From positions 1 through 19,356 of the forward strand of contig JAHHIK010000136.1 in NCBI GenBank assembly GCA_019358935.1: a stretch of DNA of 19,356 nt, written 5' to 3'. Below the pieces are notes generated by a model. That model ran no database searches. It saw nothing but the letters and a program-made list of their open reading frames with translations, and had not been told where the DNA came from. Of this stretch, positions 18,933-19,356 are shown one piece after another. The stretch is from Tolypothrix carrinoi HA7290-LM1 (GTDB taxonomy: Bacteria > Cyanobacteriota > Cyanobacteriia > Cyanobacteriales > Nostocaceae). A program made the translations under genes and the position numbers. Numbering within the stretch: the stretch's first letter is position 1; the number at the start of each line of letters is the position of its first letter.

Positions 18933-19229
18933 CAATACGGTTCAGTTAAGGGTGAAAGTCGTGTAAATTAGGCATTGTTCCCAAGAATGGAAATTAAGTG
19001 TGGTGCATCTCAAGGATTTCTCATTGGTGTCTCCAGATATACAAAGTAGGGACGTACTTAAAGCAATCGAGACAGCGATTCCACCTTTTGTGATCGAAGA
19101 GGCGATCGCTAATACCAAAACCTTTATAGGAACGCTCATGGATCGCTACCAGCACAATTAGTGGTCAGTCTGGTAATAGCAATGAGTCTTTGGTCTAGAG
19201 ACTCGATGCGTGATGTACTTAAAAACTTG
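18933..19229 (+). pseudogene. IS4-family element left end with N-terminal transposase fragment
   Basis: End CAATACGGTTCAGTTAAG. From ~19003: HLKDFSLVSPDIQSRDVLKAIETAIP..SLPAQLVVSLVIAMSLWSRDSMRDVLKNL, then truncated. Confidence 0.8.
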
Positions 19230-19356
19230 GGTTCTTCAGTAATTGATATGCCAAAAAGTTAGTTTATTTAACAATAAAAGATAAACAAATATATATAAAT
19301 AATCTTGAAAGCTTTCCTAGGCTTGACATTTGGGTAATTTAATCGTTTTTTGAGAT

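Overview
Cyanobacterial DNA, supported by nine GCGATCGC/HIP1 sites, a DUF1816 gene, STRR-like heptamers and cyanobacterial-type IS elements. An intact core sits between two clusters of decayed IS elements. The core is a tightly packed minus-strand operon (15615->7865): GlgX-type glycogen debranching enzyme; AGE/cellobiose-epimerase-family enzyme fused to a C-terminal STAS (anti-anti-sigma) domain; receiver::glutaredoxin-like::thioredoxin-reductase-like fusion lacking both CxxC motifs; soluble histidine kinase with a degenerate cNMP-binding domain; and a stand-alone UBP-type zinc finger. A DUF1816 gene follows, and a second paralogous cNMP-domain kinase lies on the + strand (4152-5555). The flanks (1-3791, 5754-6887, 16271-19356) are mostly decayed, nested IS630, IS5, ISAs1, IS66 and IS4 remnants, several carrying tiny hairpin insertions, two at HIP1 or HIP1-like sites. 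All family assignments are by-eye motif recognition; no searches were run.
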